A stretch of 64,000 nt of DNA. Source: a virus. The stretch lies in the IMG/VR virus record IMGVR_UViG_3300020172_005639, positions 1 through 64,000 of that record, one strand, 5' to 3'. The notes under the pieces were generated by a model. The model was not told the origin of the DNA. It searched no databases and was given only the letters and a program-made list of their open reading frames with translations. Position numbers and translations under genes: made by a program. How positions within the stretch are numbered: position 1 is the first letter of the stretch; each line of letters starts with the position of its first letter. This document shows, one piece after another, positions 18,567-28,562 of this stretch.

Positions 18567-19701
18567 ACTCGTTGTACCCCAGCAGTTTCTTTGCCTTCGC
18601 AAGAGCCGAGGCGATGGTCTGGTCGATGTCCAAATACTTGTGTTCCCCGAGCCTGCCTCCGAAAATCACGTCAGGCTCGCCTTTCTTGATCTCCATGTAG
18701 CGGTTGTATATCTCGCTGTTCCTGTCGTCCCGTATAGGGTAGTAGGGCTCGGGGTGGTCCTTGAAGCTGATCGGGATGTCGTAGGTCACGACGGTATCGC
18801 CTGACTCCACCAATTTTGGGTCGTAGTGCTTGCTCAAACGCTTGTCGTGGAAGTGCTTGCACTCAATCGTGCGGAGGTGCGGGACGCTGAGGTCTACGTG
18901 GTTAAATACGGCATTTCCTTGGAAGTCGCCTTGGTAGGTCTTGTGCTCAAATCGCAGTGTATTGTAATCAAGCCGCCCGTGCTGGTATCCGTAGTACTTG
19001 TCCACGGGTCCCGTGTAGACGAGCATGTGCGCATTCTTTCTCCAGTCGTCCCGAAGGTCGAAGAAGTCCACGCCGAGGTGGACTTCGATGCCCTCCAGCA
19101 TGTTCGACACCAGGTCGCCGTATCCTTCCTTGGGCATGGCCTGGTACTTCGTCGTGAAGTAGTTTTCCTCGTATGTCAATCTGATTGGCAACCTCTGGAT
19201 GATGGATGCCGGAAGCTCGGACGGCTCCTTAAGCCACTGCTTCCTCGTGTAGCCATAGAAGAACATCTCGTAGAGTTCCCTTCCCACCTTGTCGAGAATC
19301 CACTCCTCAAAGTTTCGTGGTTTCTCGCATGGGACTCTGACGCTCTGGATCTTTGCCCAAGCCTCTGCTGGAGTCACCACGCCCCAGAGCTGGTGCATGG
19401 TCATCATGTTGATGGGGAAGGAGTAGACTCTGCCGCCCGAGAGCACTTTCGGCTTGTTGATGAAGTTCTCCATCGTGCCGAACCTGTTGATAAACTCCCA
19501 GACATCCTCGCTCTGGGTATGGAATATGTGCGCCCCGTACTCTCCGACAATAATGCCGTTGTCCCACCTCTTGTCGAAGGAGGCCCCTGCGACGTGAGGC
19601 AGCCTGTCTATGACGAGGCATCGCTTGCCTGCGTCGGTCATCTTGCGCGCAAACGTTGCGCCGAAGAAGCCTGCCCCCACCACCATCACGTCATATTTCA
19701 T
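18565..19701 (-). CDS. glf: UDP-galactopyranose mutase
   Basis: VVGAGFFG FAD motif, YGAHIFHT, YT-KQW, EPYYP, GGRLGEHKYLD. Confidence 0.95.
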   Translation of the reverse strand: MKYDVMVVGAGFFGATFARKMTDAGKRCLVIDRLPHVAGASFDKRWDNGIIVGEYGAHIFHTQSEDVWEFINRFGTMENFINKPKVLSGGRVYSFPINMMTMHQLWGVVTPAEAWAKIQSVRVPCEKPRNFEEWILDKVGRELYEMFFYGYTRKQWLKEPSELPASIIQRLPIRLTYEENYFTTKYQAMPKEGYGDLVSNMLEGIEVHLGVDFFDLRDDWRKNAHMLVYTGPVDKYYGYQHGRLDYNTLRFEHKTYQGDFQGNAVFNHVDLSVPHLRTIECKHFHDKRLSKHYDPKLVESGDTVVTYDIPISFKDHPEPYYPIRDDRNSEIYNRYMEIKKGEPDVIFGGRLGEHKYLDIDQTIASALAKAKKLLGYNE

Positions 19702-19702
19702 G

Positions 19703-20548
19703 TTAGCTCCCGATTTGTGCCGATTGTCTAATCTTTTCGCCAATGTGCGCAGCCAAAAGCGCGTCGCAGTATTCCTTTTGCGAAGACCACCCATACTTAT
19801 AAAAGTCGCGATTGCCAAGAAAATCGGTTATGAAAAAGTCTTGGTCGCACTCCATCCTATGTCCCCAGGCGCAGACAGTCTGCACTTTGGCCGCCGGCCC
19901 CCATATAGATGCCCAACTGTCGCATGCAACCACCCATTGGCATCTGTAGATGGCGTACGCTAGAGACTGTAACAAAGTCCATTTGCCAATCATGTTGGTG
20001 CACAAATCCAAGGTTTCAGGCCTCATCGTTCGATCCACGGGATCCTCATCAGATCCCACCAGCACGACATCGTACCCCTTCTCTTTCAACATTCCGACAC
20101 ACCTATCCCATGTCGGCACGTAGTCCTCGATTTGCGTCAGCGGTTTGTACTTCAGGCTGACCGGGTGAATTATGGCCCGAAGCGGACCAGGCTCGTAGTC
20201 GGGAATGAACTCAGTTAGGTCGCACAGCCTCTTGATGTCATTGTGATCGGACTTGGCGTAAGGCTCTTGGATCAGGACGCCATATTTTCTGCTCTTGGTC
20301 CAGGTTGATGGTTTGGTATAGTCGATGTCATATACCACCTCGTGTATAAAGGTCGCCCTCTTAAGGATTTCCCTCACGACTGGGCTGGACCATCCGATTC
20401 TGTCAGGGTCTGAATACCTGAAGAACTTGCTCGTGTGCACCACGACCCAGTCATATCCGCCGTCAAGCATAGCACGGTTGTATCGGCATAGGTTTATGGC
20501 GGTGTCGCCGACTGCCCCTGTTTCAAAATAAACATGTAGAGCGTTCAT
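19703..20548 (-). CDS. GT9-like glycosyltransferase
   Basis: GAVGDT, IIHP, NMIGKWTL, ACDS motifs. Confidence 0.6.
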   Translation of the reverse strand: MNALHVYFETGAVGDTAINLCRYNRAMLDGGYDWVVVHTSKFFRYSDPDRIGWSSPVVREILKRATFIHEVVYDIDYTKPSTWTKSRKYGVLIQEPYAKSDHNDIKRLCDLTEFIPDYEPGPLRAIIHPVSLKYKPLTQIEDYVPTWDRCVGMLKEKGYDVVLVGSDEDPVDRTMRPETLDLCTNMIGKWTLLQSLAYAIYRCQWVVACDSWASIWGPAAKVQTVCAWGHRMECDQDFFITDFLGNRDFYKYGWSSQKEYCDALLAAHIGEKIRQSAQIGS

Positions 20549-20581
20549 TACTTATATATCCTGTAGCCGTTGAGGGTATCG

Positions 20582-21211
20582 ATGATTTCGACAAGGATAG
20601 AGGAGTTCAAAAGCGATCTCTTGGTCGCTCTCGAAAGCCCAAAAATAACTGGCAAGGCATTGCTGGACAGGTTCTGCGTAATAGACGAGATGTCTCGCAA
20701 GTCCCCCTCCTACCTCGACCATCGCTATTCGGGTTTTTACTACGAGCTAGGCAAGAGGGTAAACCCCGATTCAATAGTGGAGTTGGGGTTCGACCTCGGG
20801 CTTCTAGTGGGGGCTATGTGCATCTCCTGCAAGACTCCCACAATTTTTTTGGGGTTCAGGGAGGCCAGGGACGAATATTTTTCGGTCAGGTTGGGCAGGC
20901 AGAATATCAAGCGCGCAATGAAGGGAAGGCGTGATTTTTATGTGGGCGGTCTATATGACTTGGAATTCGAGGGTCTGCTTTCTGGTATGAATTTCGATAT
21001 GGGTTTGGTGACCGATGCGCCAGATTCCGATAAACTCTTGGAGTATCTGGACTTCGTTTGGCCGCATATATCCGACAATGGTATAATTGTTTGCGAAAAT
21101 GTAAATAAAAACCGCCATTGCTCCGAAGGGTTTCTCAACTTCTGCGAGAGCAAAAACAGGAGGGGCCACACATTCCCCACGAGATACGGCACGGGTCTGG
21201 TGCAGAAATAA
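20582..21211 (+). CDS. methyltransferase-fold protein (Methyltransf_24-like, divergent)
   Basis: SIVELGFDLG, NGIIVCEN, TRYGTG. Confidence 0.55.
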   Translation: MISTRIEEFKSDLLVALESPKITGKALLDRFCVIDEMSRKSPSYLDHRYSGFYYELGKRVNPDSIVELGFDLGLLVGAMCISCKTPTIFLGFREARDEYFSVRLGRQNIKRAMKGRRDFYVGGLYDLEFEGLLSGMNFDMGLVTDAPDSDKLLEYLDFVWPHISDNGIIVCENVNKNRHCSEGFLNFCESKNRRGHTFPTRYGTGLVQK

Positions 21212-21224
21212 TACGGAGGAGTCA

Positions 21225-21965
21225 GTGGGATACGAATGCAGGTTTAGCTACCACGAGAAAGTGGACAATGAATATAACAGAGACGAGGTCAAGACTTTCT
21301 CTAGGAAGGTCGGGGACCCCTTGGAGGACGTCCCACTTGAAAAGCTTGCTGCCGCAGTCATGGGTCAGTACGCCCGAAGAGACATTTTTATAGTTGGAGT
21401 AGATGTTTTCGAGATAAGCAAAAAGCAAATAACATTCAAGGAAACCAAGGGCGGCATAGTTCTTAAGAACAAGAAGTTCCTTTTCGACTATGGCGGCGAC
21501 GCAACCGTTGTGGCCGTGGAGGAGGAGCCCCAGCAGCTCCAGCTTTCCCATTCTGCGCACTCCCAGCAGATGAGCATATCCGCCACAGCCCAGACCCCCC
21601 AGCAGATGGTCAACGTCGCCCCCCAGAGGCAGCGAAGACCCATAGATTTCATTCTCTTCGCGCCCGAGCCGCAGCAGCTGTTCGAGGCAAAGAAGCTGGG
21701 ACTCAAATTCACAGAAAACAAGAAGTACCCGGTGTTCGAAAGACAGATGAGCAAGAGCGGTATTGGCGAGGTCTTCCTTGTGACTGACGATCTCGGGCGC
21801 GACCAGAATGTTTCGGACATCTACTTCGTACCGGCAAACATTAACCTCTTTGCCGACAGGGAGTTGAATTTCAGCGAGTCTCCCCAGCAGAGGGAGGGCG
21901 GCAAGCTCTTTTGGGGCAACGCCAGCGTCGATCCTAGCATTCCAGATTTAAGGCCAAGAAGATAG
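21225..21965 (+). CDS. hypothetical protein
   Basis: 246 aa ORF with strong RBS GGAGGAG. Confidence 0.75.
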   Translation: MGYECRFSYHEKVDNEYNRDEVKTFSRKVGDPLEDVPLEKLAAAVMGQYARRDIFIVGVDVFEISKKQITFKETKGGIVLKNKKFLFDYGGDATVVAVEEEPQQLQLSHSAHSQQMSISATAQTPQQMVNVAPQRQRRPIDFILFAPEPQQLFEAKKLGLKFTENKKYPVFERQMSKSGIGEVFLVTDDLGRDQNVSDIYFVPANINLFADRELNFSESPQQREGGKLFWGNASVDPSIPDLRPRR

Positions 21966-21973
21966 GAGCAGTC

Positions 21974-22444
21974 ATGTCCAAGGCTAGAAAAGACCCCCAA
22001 AAGAGGAAGTTTCGCGAGAAGGCAGTGCGCCAGAGGGTGCTTGAGCGTCGCGAGGAGATTCGTGCTGAGCGAAAATCCATGCGTGAGGAAGCCATCAAGG
22101 ACCTTGAGATGCAGGAGCTGGAGTATGGAAAAGTCCAGCAGGTTCTGCCAGGCAACCCCGAGGCGGCAGACAGGAAGCTAGTTGAGCGCGAGCAGAAGGT
22201 CGTTAGTAAGCTCAAAAAGAATCTTCAGATTCTTAAGGAGCTTGAGACCGAGTATGACAGGGAGCAGGCGAGCCGCAAGAGCGTAAACGAACAGCTTGAA
22301 GCAGAAGGTTTCAAAACCATCAAGGACAAAATGGACGCGCTTCAGAAAAAACTACATCAGTATGCGACGGAAAACCTTGATCCATCTAGTGCCGAGGGTT
22401 TGCCCGAACCTAATTCCGATATAAAGCAAGAAATTTCCGATTAA
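21974..22444 (+). CDS. hypothetical coiled-coil protein
   Basis: 156 aa charged ORF with RBS AGGAG. Confidence 0.7.
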   Translation: MSKARKDPQKRKFREKAVRQRVLERREEIRAERKSMREEAIKDLEMQELEYGKVQQVLPGNPEAADRKLVEREQKVVSKLKKNLQILKELETEYDREQASRKSVNEQLEAEGFKTIKDKMDALQKKLHQYATENLDPSSAEGLPEPNSDIKQEISD

Positions 22445-22615
22445 ACGATATTTTAAAGCAGAGTTAATTTTATTTTAAACCACAAAATTATTGAATATGG
22501 AAATTTGCTATAAAACTTTTCAATCCTCCGTGCGATAGTCTTGTGTGGGATGAGTGAGATGACATCAAATGAGTTCCACATCACTAACACACCACTTTCA
22601 CACTGAGGTATCACT
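22445..22615 (+). promoter_or_regulatory. AT-rich promoter/leader of the SSB-UvsX genes
   Basis: Strongly AT-rich 22445-22520, a TGTGGGA...TTCCACA hairpin, and CACT/CAC repeats before the GAGG RBS. Confidence 0.45.
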
Positions 22616-23611
22616 ATGGGTATTGACTATGAGGCCCTTGACCTGAACGAGTTGCGTCAGGAGATGCAGCGCGTCAGCGAGGAACCCGGCGCCGGACAAG
22701 GCGAGGGACTTGAGAAGTACGTGCGTCTGCCTGAGCGCGACGGATTCGTAATTCTGCGTATACTCCCTAAGCGGAAGAGCCAGAAGCACTACTGTGTTAC
22801 GAGGGTCCACACTCTCAACAACCCAGCCGGCAGGAACAAGCGGACCTACCATTGCCCACGCACTTTACAGGTGGGCCCCCGTGGCAAGGAGCAGTGGATG
22901 GGCGACTGCATCATCTGCAAGTATTACAACGACCTGTGGCAGAAGTCCGAGAAGCTCTCGGGCAAGGCCCAGGAGGATTTGCAGCAGCAGGCGAGGGCCA
23001 TCAAGCCCGTTGAGCGTTACTACTACAACGTCATAGTCCGTGCCGAAAAGGACAAGGACGGGAACGTCAAGAAAAACGCAGGCCCGAAGATTTACAGCTG
23101 CGGCAAGACCGTTCACGCCAAGATACTCCGAGCAATCATCGGCGACTCAGTTGCCGGCGACAAGCCTCTCGGCGACATCACCCATGTGAAGGACGGTCGC
23201 GATTTCCGTGTAGTGAAGAAGGTCGTCAAGGGCGGGGGTGGGCAAGAGTACCCCAACTACGACAACTCGAAGTTTGAGGAACCCAGTCCGCTCGGGTCTC
23301 CCGACGAGATCGATAAATGGCTGGAGAACAGGCACGACTTACAGGCTTTGCGAGTTGTCAAGAACTCCGACGAGCTCAAGCACGCCTTGCGCGTTCACTT
23401 GGGCCTTGTGAATGAGGGGGCCGATGCAGCCGACACCGAGCTCGATGAGTTCAGGACGGCCGGCTCAGCACCGGTTCCGGCGGCGGCGCAGGAAAGGGTT
23501 CGCGACAGCCTTGCCAAGAGTTCCAGCTCGTCGCCTGAAGCCCCGAAGGCTCCGCCACCTGACGAGTACGCAGACGAGGACTTCCTTAAGGAACTAGAAG
23601 ACTTCAAGTGA
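22616..23611 (+). CDS. single-stranded DNA-binding protein (T4 gp32-like)
   Basis: LRILP, CPR..CIICK Zn ligands, RYYYNVIVR, GRDF, YPNYDNSKF, acidic C-terminal tail. Confidence 0.8.
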   Translation: MGIDYEALDLNELRQEMQRVSEEPGAGQGEGLEKYVRLPERDGFVILRILPKRKSQKHYCVTRVHTLNNPAGRNKRTYHCPRTLQVGPRGKEQWMGDCIICKYYNDLWQKSEKLSGKAQEDLQQQARAIKPVERYYYNVIVRAEKDKDGNVKKNAGPKIYSCGKTVHAKILRAIIGDSVAGDKPLGDITHVKDGRDFRVVKKVVKGGGGQEYPNYDNSKFEEPSPLGSPDEIDKWLENRHDLQALRVVKNSDELKHALRVHLGLVNEGADAADTELDEFRTAGSAPVPAAAQERVRDSLAKSSSSSPEAPKAPPPDEYADEDFLKELEDFK

Positions 23612-23622
23612 TGCCAGTCATC

Positions 23623-23660
23623 AAAGAGGGCGCCGGACAGAAGTCCGGCGCCCTCTTTTC
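23623..23660 (+). terminator. rho-independent terminator
   Basis: AAAGAGGGCGCCGGAC-AGAA-GTCCGGCGCCCTCTTTT perfect stem. Confidence 0.8.
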
Positions 23661-23689
23661 GTGCTTTTAAGATCAGAAAGGAGAGAAAA

Positions 23690-24907
23690 ATGGCCAAGAA
23701 AAAGAACGAGGGTGTTGATGACGGTTTCTTTGAGTCGCTTGCAGAGGAAACTGGTGGCGCTGTCTTAAATAGCATCGACAGCGTTAAGTACTTCGTCGAC
23801 ACCGGTTCGTTAGCACTCAACTACATATGCTCGGGGCAGTTCATTACGGGCGGTATTCCCGGCGGCAAGCTCACCGAAATCTATGGGCCTAACAGCAGTT
23901 CCAAGTCCCTTTTCGGCGCAAACATCTTGTTTGGTGCGCAGAAGATGAAGGGCGTCCCCGTGCTGATGGACTGTGAGAACAGCGCGAACAAAGAGTTCAT
24001 CCAGATGGCGTCGCACTGCAACCTCAAGAGGATTCTCCGGTACACCCCGGAAACGCTTGAGGAAGTCTTCGCCAAGATGTACAAGGTTTGCGAGAAGGTT
24101 CGGGAAAAAACTAGCAACGACGTCCCGATCGTTATCGTGTACGACTCCATCGGCGTGTCCCCGTCAGCCAGAGAGCTGCGTGAGGTCGCTTTGCCCGAGG
24201 GCTACACCAAGACGCAGTTCAAGGCGATCGTGGGTTCCAACGAGCAGCCTGGCGAGCGAGCCAAAATTTGCTCCCGTGAGCTCAGGAAACTCAACACGGT
24301 CATGGAGCGGCACAATGCGACCGTGGTAATCCTCAACCAGACGAGGGACAAGATCGGAACCTACGTGCCAACCAAAACTACTGCTGGGGGAGGAAACGCT
24401 CTACCGTTCTATGCGTCCTGCCGGTTGGAAACCAAGACGCAACTGAAGATAGAGAAGAAGATCAGCGGTACCAAGAAGAAGATTCTCGGCATCAACGTAA
24501 AGTTGAAGAACGTCAAGAACAAGACCCACAGGCCGTTTGTGGAGTCGGAAAACGTTCAGCTGCTATTCGACAAGGGAATCAACCCCATTTCGGGGCTTCT
24601 TAGCTGCTTGCTCGATGACGAAAGGGTGGAGGCGGCGAAGGGCGCAGGAAGCTATCTCGTTCGACCAGAGTTCAGTAACGGCGAGGAGGTCAAGTTTCGT
24701 GCTAGCCTTGAGCGGAACGACATCCCAATTGAGGTGCTTCTGAAGTGTCCTGCACTCATAGATGCTTCGTCCAGGGAACAAGTTGAGGCATATCTGGAGC
24801 CTTACAAGGAGGCTTTGAGCAGCAGGGCAGAGGATGCCACCGATGTTGAGCTAAACTCTGTTTCCGATGCGGACGACGAGGGCATAGACGAGGAACTTGA
24901 GGGCTAG
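23690..24907 (+). CDS. RecA/UvsX recombinase
   Basis: DTGSLALN, GGIPGGKLTEIYGPNSSSKS, VYDS, ILNQ-R-KIG, GGNALPFYAS-R, KNK. Confidence 0.92.
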   Translation: MAKKKNEGVDDGFFESLAEETGGAVLNSIDSVKYFVDTGSLALNYICSGQFITGGIPGGKLTEIYGPNSSSKSLFGANILFGAQKMKGVPVLMDCENSANKEFIQMASHCNLKRILRYTPETLEEVFAKMYKVCEKVREKTSNDVPIVIVYDSIGVSPSARELREVALPEGYTKTQFKAIVGSNEQPGERAKICSRELRKLNTVMERHNATVVILNQTRDKIGTYVPTKTTAGGGNALPFYASCRLETKTQLKIEKKISGTKKKILGINVKLKNVKNKTHRPFVESENVQLLFDKGINPISGLLSCLLDDERVEAAKGAGSYLVRPEFSNGEEVKFRASLERNDIPIEVLLKCPALIDASSREQVEAYLEPYKEALSSRAEDATDVELNSVSDADDEGIDEELEG

Positions 24908-25956
24908 TCCAGTCTTTCTATGTAGACTTGATTCGTCATCCAGACGCCGTCTTCGACCTTGTTGAAGACGGCGAACTTCTTTTCTGGGTTCGGCGTGTAT
25001 ACCACAAGTTCCTCGTCGCGCATGCTCCAGACGCCAACGACCTCGCCCTCTTTCCTGCGATGGTATGCGGGGTAGTAGTTCTGGATGCCTTTCTTTGAGT
25101 TAAACCAGAAAATTCGCCGCTGTTTGTTCCTCTGCCCCATTACGAACAGCTTGTTGTCGATGTCAGGGGACGGCCTGCGATCCAGCTCATCCAGCCACTT
25201 GATCGCCTCGGGGGTGCGGTCATGGCATATCCAGTGTACATGGTTGAAGACACCGCCGAAGATGCTCTGGTTGAAGAATTGCGGCTCGTGCGTAAGGAAG
25301 AACGCCTCATGGGGGTGAACCTTGTTCATCTTTAGCATGTGGCATAGGCTGTGGTCCCCATAGCCTCCGCTGATCTTGATGCGCTTCTCAAGGTATTCTC
25401 TCGCCACGCTGCTCTCGCAGACCCTTGCTATGGCTTTGTTTGAGGTCACGCTCACCTCTTGCTCGTGCGGTGGACTGACGCTGCCACGCCTGCAGTGGCA
25501 GTTGATATACCACCAGTCATAGCCCATGTTGTCGAGTATGTGTTCGTCAATATCGGACCCATCCCAGTTCAGCTTGCTCGTGATGTGGTACTCGCGTTCT
25601 GGATCGTAGCCACGCTGGAGGTTTTCGCGCAGTCCTTCAAGGTCTGTGATGCTGTCCTCGTCGATCCTCAAGTACCAGTCTGCCTTGTTTGGTTGAATGA
25701 TCTCTAGGTAGTAGTGGTATATTCTCTGCGCCACGTTGTGGTATGGCGTGTTGATATGCGTCACGTCGAAGTTGGATGGCCATCCATCGGCAGAATCCTC
25801 CCGCTTGTTATTGGTGGAGGCTAGCAAGAATAGCTTAATGCGGAATTTTTCGTGATTTTGCAAGCCGTGGCGCTTGAAGTCGTCAATCCTCTTTTTGATC
25901 TTCCGAATGTCAGTGTCCACCGGAAGAGCTATCTCAAAATGATATTTATCTTGCAT
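24904..25956 (-). CDS. glycosyltransferase-like protein
   Basis: WYLRIDED DxD-type motif, YGDH. Confidence 0.5.
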   Translation of the reverse strand: MQDKYHFEIALPVDTDIRKIKKRIDDFKRHGLQNHEKFRIKLFLLASTNNKREDSADGWPSNFDVTHINTPYHNVAQRIYHYYLEIIQPNKADWYLRIDEDSITDLEGLRENLQRGYDPEREYHITSKLNWDGSDIDEHILDNMGYDWWYINCHCRRGSVSPPHEQEVSVTSNKAIARVCESSVAREYLEKRIKISGGYGDHSLCHMLKMNKVHPHEAFFLTHEPQFFNQSIFGGVFNHVHWICHDRTPEAIKWLDELDRRPSPDIDNKLFVMGQRNKQRRIFWFNSKKGIQNYYPAYHRRKEGEVVGVWSMRDEELVVYTPNPEKKFAVFNKVEDGVWMTNQVYIERLD

Positions 25957-25970
25957 GTTCTCCTAGTGGT

Positions 25971-26435
25971 TTATCTGAATTTGTAACTAGCATCTATGCA
26001 ATAGACGCCTGGCTTTATGGCGGCCACGGTCTTTCCTGCAGATGCAAGCGAAGTCCGCAGACTATTTATGCAGAGCCTAACTGAGGTCAAGGGCATTTTG
26101 ATTTTGTCGGCGAACTTTTTCAGGTCCACTTGCTTTCCTGACAATAGAAGCTTCTCAAGAGTCCTTGCAGTCTTGTCCAATGCCCTTTTTTGTTGCTTGG
26201 AGTCAAGGTATGGGTCAGCGCAGACTATGTCGTAGCTAAATCCTTCTGGTTCAGTATGAGGGTCGCATATCACCTCGGCCAGCCTATCTAGCGACAGTAG
26301 CTTCCCTCTCCCGTTTGCCTCGACGAGCCTGATGGTCGCGCCGAATCGCTGGTAAAACTCTGAAAGAGCTTTGAGGTTCTTTTTCGAGGTGAGGAATTTG
26401 CGTTTATCAACGGTTTCGACTAGCAGACATATCAT
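25971..26435 (-). CDS. hypothetical protein with possible C-terminal winged HTH
   Basis: 154 aa ORF, RBS GAGGGG. Confidence 0.6.
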   Translation of the reverse strand: MICLLVETVDKRKFLTSKKNLKALSEFYQRFGATIRLVEANGRGKLLSLDRLAEVICDPHTEPEGFSYDIVCADPYLDSKQQKRALDKTARTLEKLLLSGKQVDLKKFADKIKMPLTSVRLCINSLRTSLASAGKTVAAIKPGVYCIDASYKFR

Positions 26436-26497
26436 GGCTTATCCCCTCGCAAGTGAATTATAAGCGCAGTTTGATGGCTGCCTATATAATTTAACCT

Positions 26498-27520
26498 GTG
26501 GAGGCCCAGATGGACGGCTATCGAGAGCGATTGAGCCTAGACATCAAGAGGCGTTTCGGCGCCGAGATCGAACTGAACGCGTTCGACGATGCCAGCAGAC
26601 CTTTGGATGGGTCGCTGCCGGATGGCATTCATGAGGCTGCTGACGTCGTGCGTTTGGCGAGTAGAAAGCCCGTCCACATTCATAAGTGGGCTTATGACCA
26701 CAACAATGTGTCTTGGGTAGTGAAACCCGACAGCAGCTGCGGCATGGAGATCTGCTCCCCTGTCCTCAAGGGTTGGCTGGGCCTAATGGAGCTTTGCAGG
26801 GTTGTGGAGTCCCTCGGTAAAGACCAGAGAATCAGGTCAGATGGCCGCTGCTCCTTCCATGTCCACGTGGATGTTTCTGATCTTGGCGACCGTGAGTTGG
26901 CGACAATACTCACATGGTGGGTTAAGTGCGAGCCCGTCTTTCTGGACAGCGTGCCCTTCTCAAGGAAGAGGAATCAGTATTGCCAGCTTCTCGCCCAGAG
27001 CGAGGCTTTTGAGAGGCTCGAGGATGGGTTCATGCCCCAGGACGGCCTCATCAGGAAGCTGGGGCTTGTCAAATACTACACGATCAACACATACCACTAC
27101 TTCAACGGCAAGAGAAAAACGATTGAGTTCAGAATCATGGACTCCGAGTGTTGCCTCGACCCCTACATATGCAAGAACTGGATAAGGCTAGTGCTCTTCT
27201 TCATGGAGAGGGCACTTCAGGCAGGCATGCCCAATCCGTACCGCCTCGGTGACAGGTGGTCTGGCTACTGCTGGCTCGACCCGAAGGACGTTTTCGAGTT
27301 TCTAGGCCTGACAAGCCACTACGACCTTTCGCCTGGGCTTTTTCAGGTCAAGGACTGGTTCTTGGACAGGCTGCACGACAACTGCGACGACGGTGAAGAT
27401 GATAGCCTATTCGGAGTCAAGGCAAGAAAGCCCTCTGTCAGGCAGATACTTGAGATTGTCGCTTGCAGGGGCGAGGAGCGGGTTGACAGAAGCGTGTACG
27501 GCGAAACCTATAGGACTTGA
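26498..27520 (+). CDS. putative amidoligase (COOH-NH2 ligase, Amidoligase_2-like)
   Basis: FGAEIE, W-VKPDSS, EICSPVL, CSFHVHV, KY-TIN, TIEFR. Confidence 0.85.
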   Translation: MEAQMDGYRERLSLDIKRRFGAEIELNAFDDASRPLDGSLPDGIHEAADVVRLASRKPVHIHKWAYDHNNVSWVVKPDSSCGMEICSPVLKGWLGLMELCRVVESLGKDQRIRSDGRCSFHVHVDVSDLGDRELATILTWWVKCEPVFLDSVPFSRKRNQYCQLLAQSEAFERLEDGFMPQDGLIRKLGLVKYYTINTYHYFNGKRKTIEFRIMDSECCLDPYICKNWIRLVLFFMERALQAGMPNPYRLGDRWSGYCWLDPKDVFEFLGLTSHYDLSPGLFQVKDWFLDRLHDNCDDGEDDSLFGVKARKPSVRQILEIVACRGEERVDRSVYGETYRT

Positions 27521-27526
27521 GCCAAT

Positions 27527-27991
27527 ATGGGCACATACAGGCCTGAAAAACTCGACCAGATTGTTAGAGGCATGAAGGCTCTCGGCGAGGTCCTTGTTCC
27601 ATTTAACTTCCCCTTGGCCCCCCTTACCACGGAGGATGACTTGGGTCTTTTTAAGGCGCGAGAGGCCATGGTTGACGGCTACAAGCTGTACATTCACTAC
27701 CAGAAGTCCGACTATTCCATTTATTTCATAGAAACCCTTCAGATACACAATACCGCTTCGCCATTTCTGCCATTCGGACTTATCTGCAAGCTCGGCAAAA
27801 GGTTTTTGGGAAACAGTCACTTGTCTCTCGTCGAGATGTTTCGGGATAACAGGAAGATATACCTCTGGTCGCTTTGCACGGATAAGCAGGGCAACTCTCT
27901 TGCGCTGCCCAACAACCCGCAAGTTGAGGAGTGCGTGTACGAGGGCTTTCACTACTCCTACCTTCAGCCCAATCAGGTTGATTTCTTCTAA
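27527..27991 (+). CDS. hypothetical protein
   Basis: 154 aa ORF, operon packing. Confidence 0.7.
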   Translation: MGTYRPEKLDQIVRGMKALGEVLVPFNFPLAPLTTEDDLGLFKAREAMVDGYKLYIHYQKSDYSIYFIETLQIHNTASPFLPFGLICKLGKRFLGNSHLSLVEMFRDNRKIYLWSLCTDKQGNSLALPNNPQVEECVYEGFHYSYLQPNQVDFF

Positions 27992-28071
27992 AGGGCTTGC
28001 CAATACCAACATTTCAAGAACGAAAGGAATCGGTTTTGATAACTTTCGTTCTACTGAACCATGGCTTCAGC

Positions 28072-28126
28072 GTAAATGTCGGTGTAAATGTCGGTGTAAA
28101 TGTCGGTGTAAATGTCGGTGTAAATG
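28072..28126. repeat. 12-bp tandem repeat (GTAAATGTCGGT) x4 plus partial GTAAATG
   Basis: Direct reading of the sequence. Confidence 0.95.
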
Positions 28127-28262
28127 GTCTTCATGCCTACATTCAGGCCGCTGATCGAGCTGCGTATCGGGACGTATTCCGCCGCCTCTCAGAAGCAATA
28201 GAGCCCAGGTTGGGTATATACAGCGTAGGTCGCACGACCCAACCTTGATGAGGGTTCCAGAA

Positions 28263-28562
28263 ATGAAAAAGAACAAGATACAAAGCCTCGTTATAGAACA
28301 CCTCCTAAAACACGGACAGCTAGAAATACTTCTTCCCGACGGAGTGAAACTGGAGATCGGGATGACGCAGGAGAGTACGAACGGGACCATCATCAAGCGC
28401 GACGATTACTGCTGGGTCATTGCGTCCAGGGAGGGTCGAGCAACAAGCCTGGACGCGTATAACATGGGCCTGAGGTTCTCGGCAGAGGACAAAACTCTGG
28501 TGCTTGAAGACGACTTTGTGGACAGCAACGGCGAGCATGTCCGGAGAGTCGACGTGGTTTAG
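28263..28562 (+). CDS. hypothetical protein
   Basis: ORF preceded by TATATA at 28215-28220. Confidence 0.65.
   Translation: MKKNKIQSLVIEHLLKHGQLEILLPDGVKLEIGMTQESTNGTIIKRDDYCWVIASREGRATSLDAYNMGLRFSAEDKTLVLEDDFVDSNGEHVRRVDVV

Noticed and set aside
28072-28126. Possible CRISPR or other spacer array
   Set aside because: Repeats are contiguous 12-mers with no spacers; no cas genes in the window
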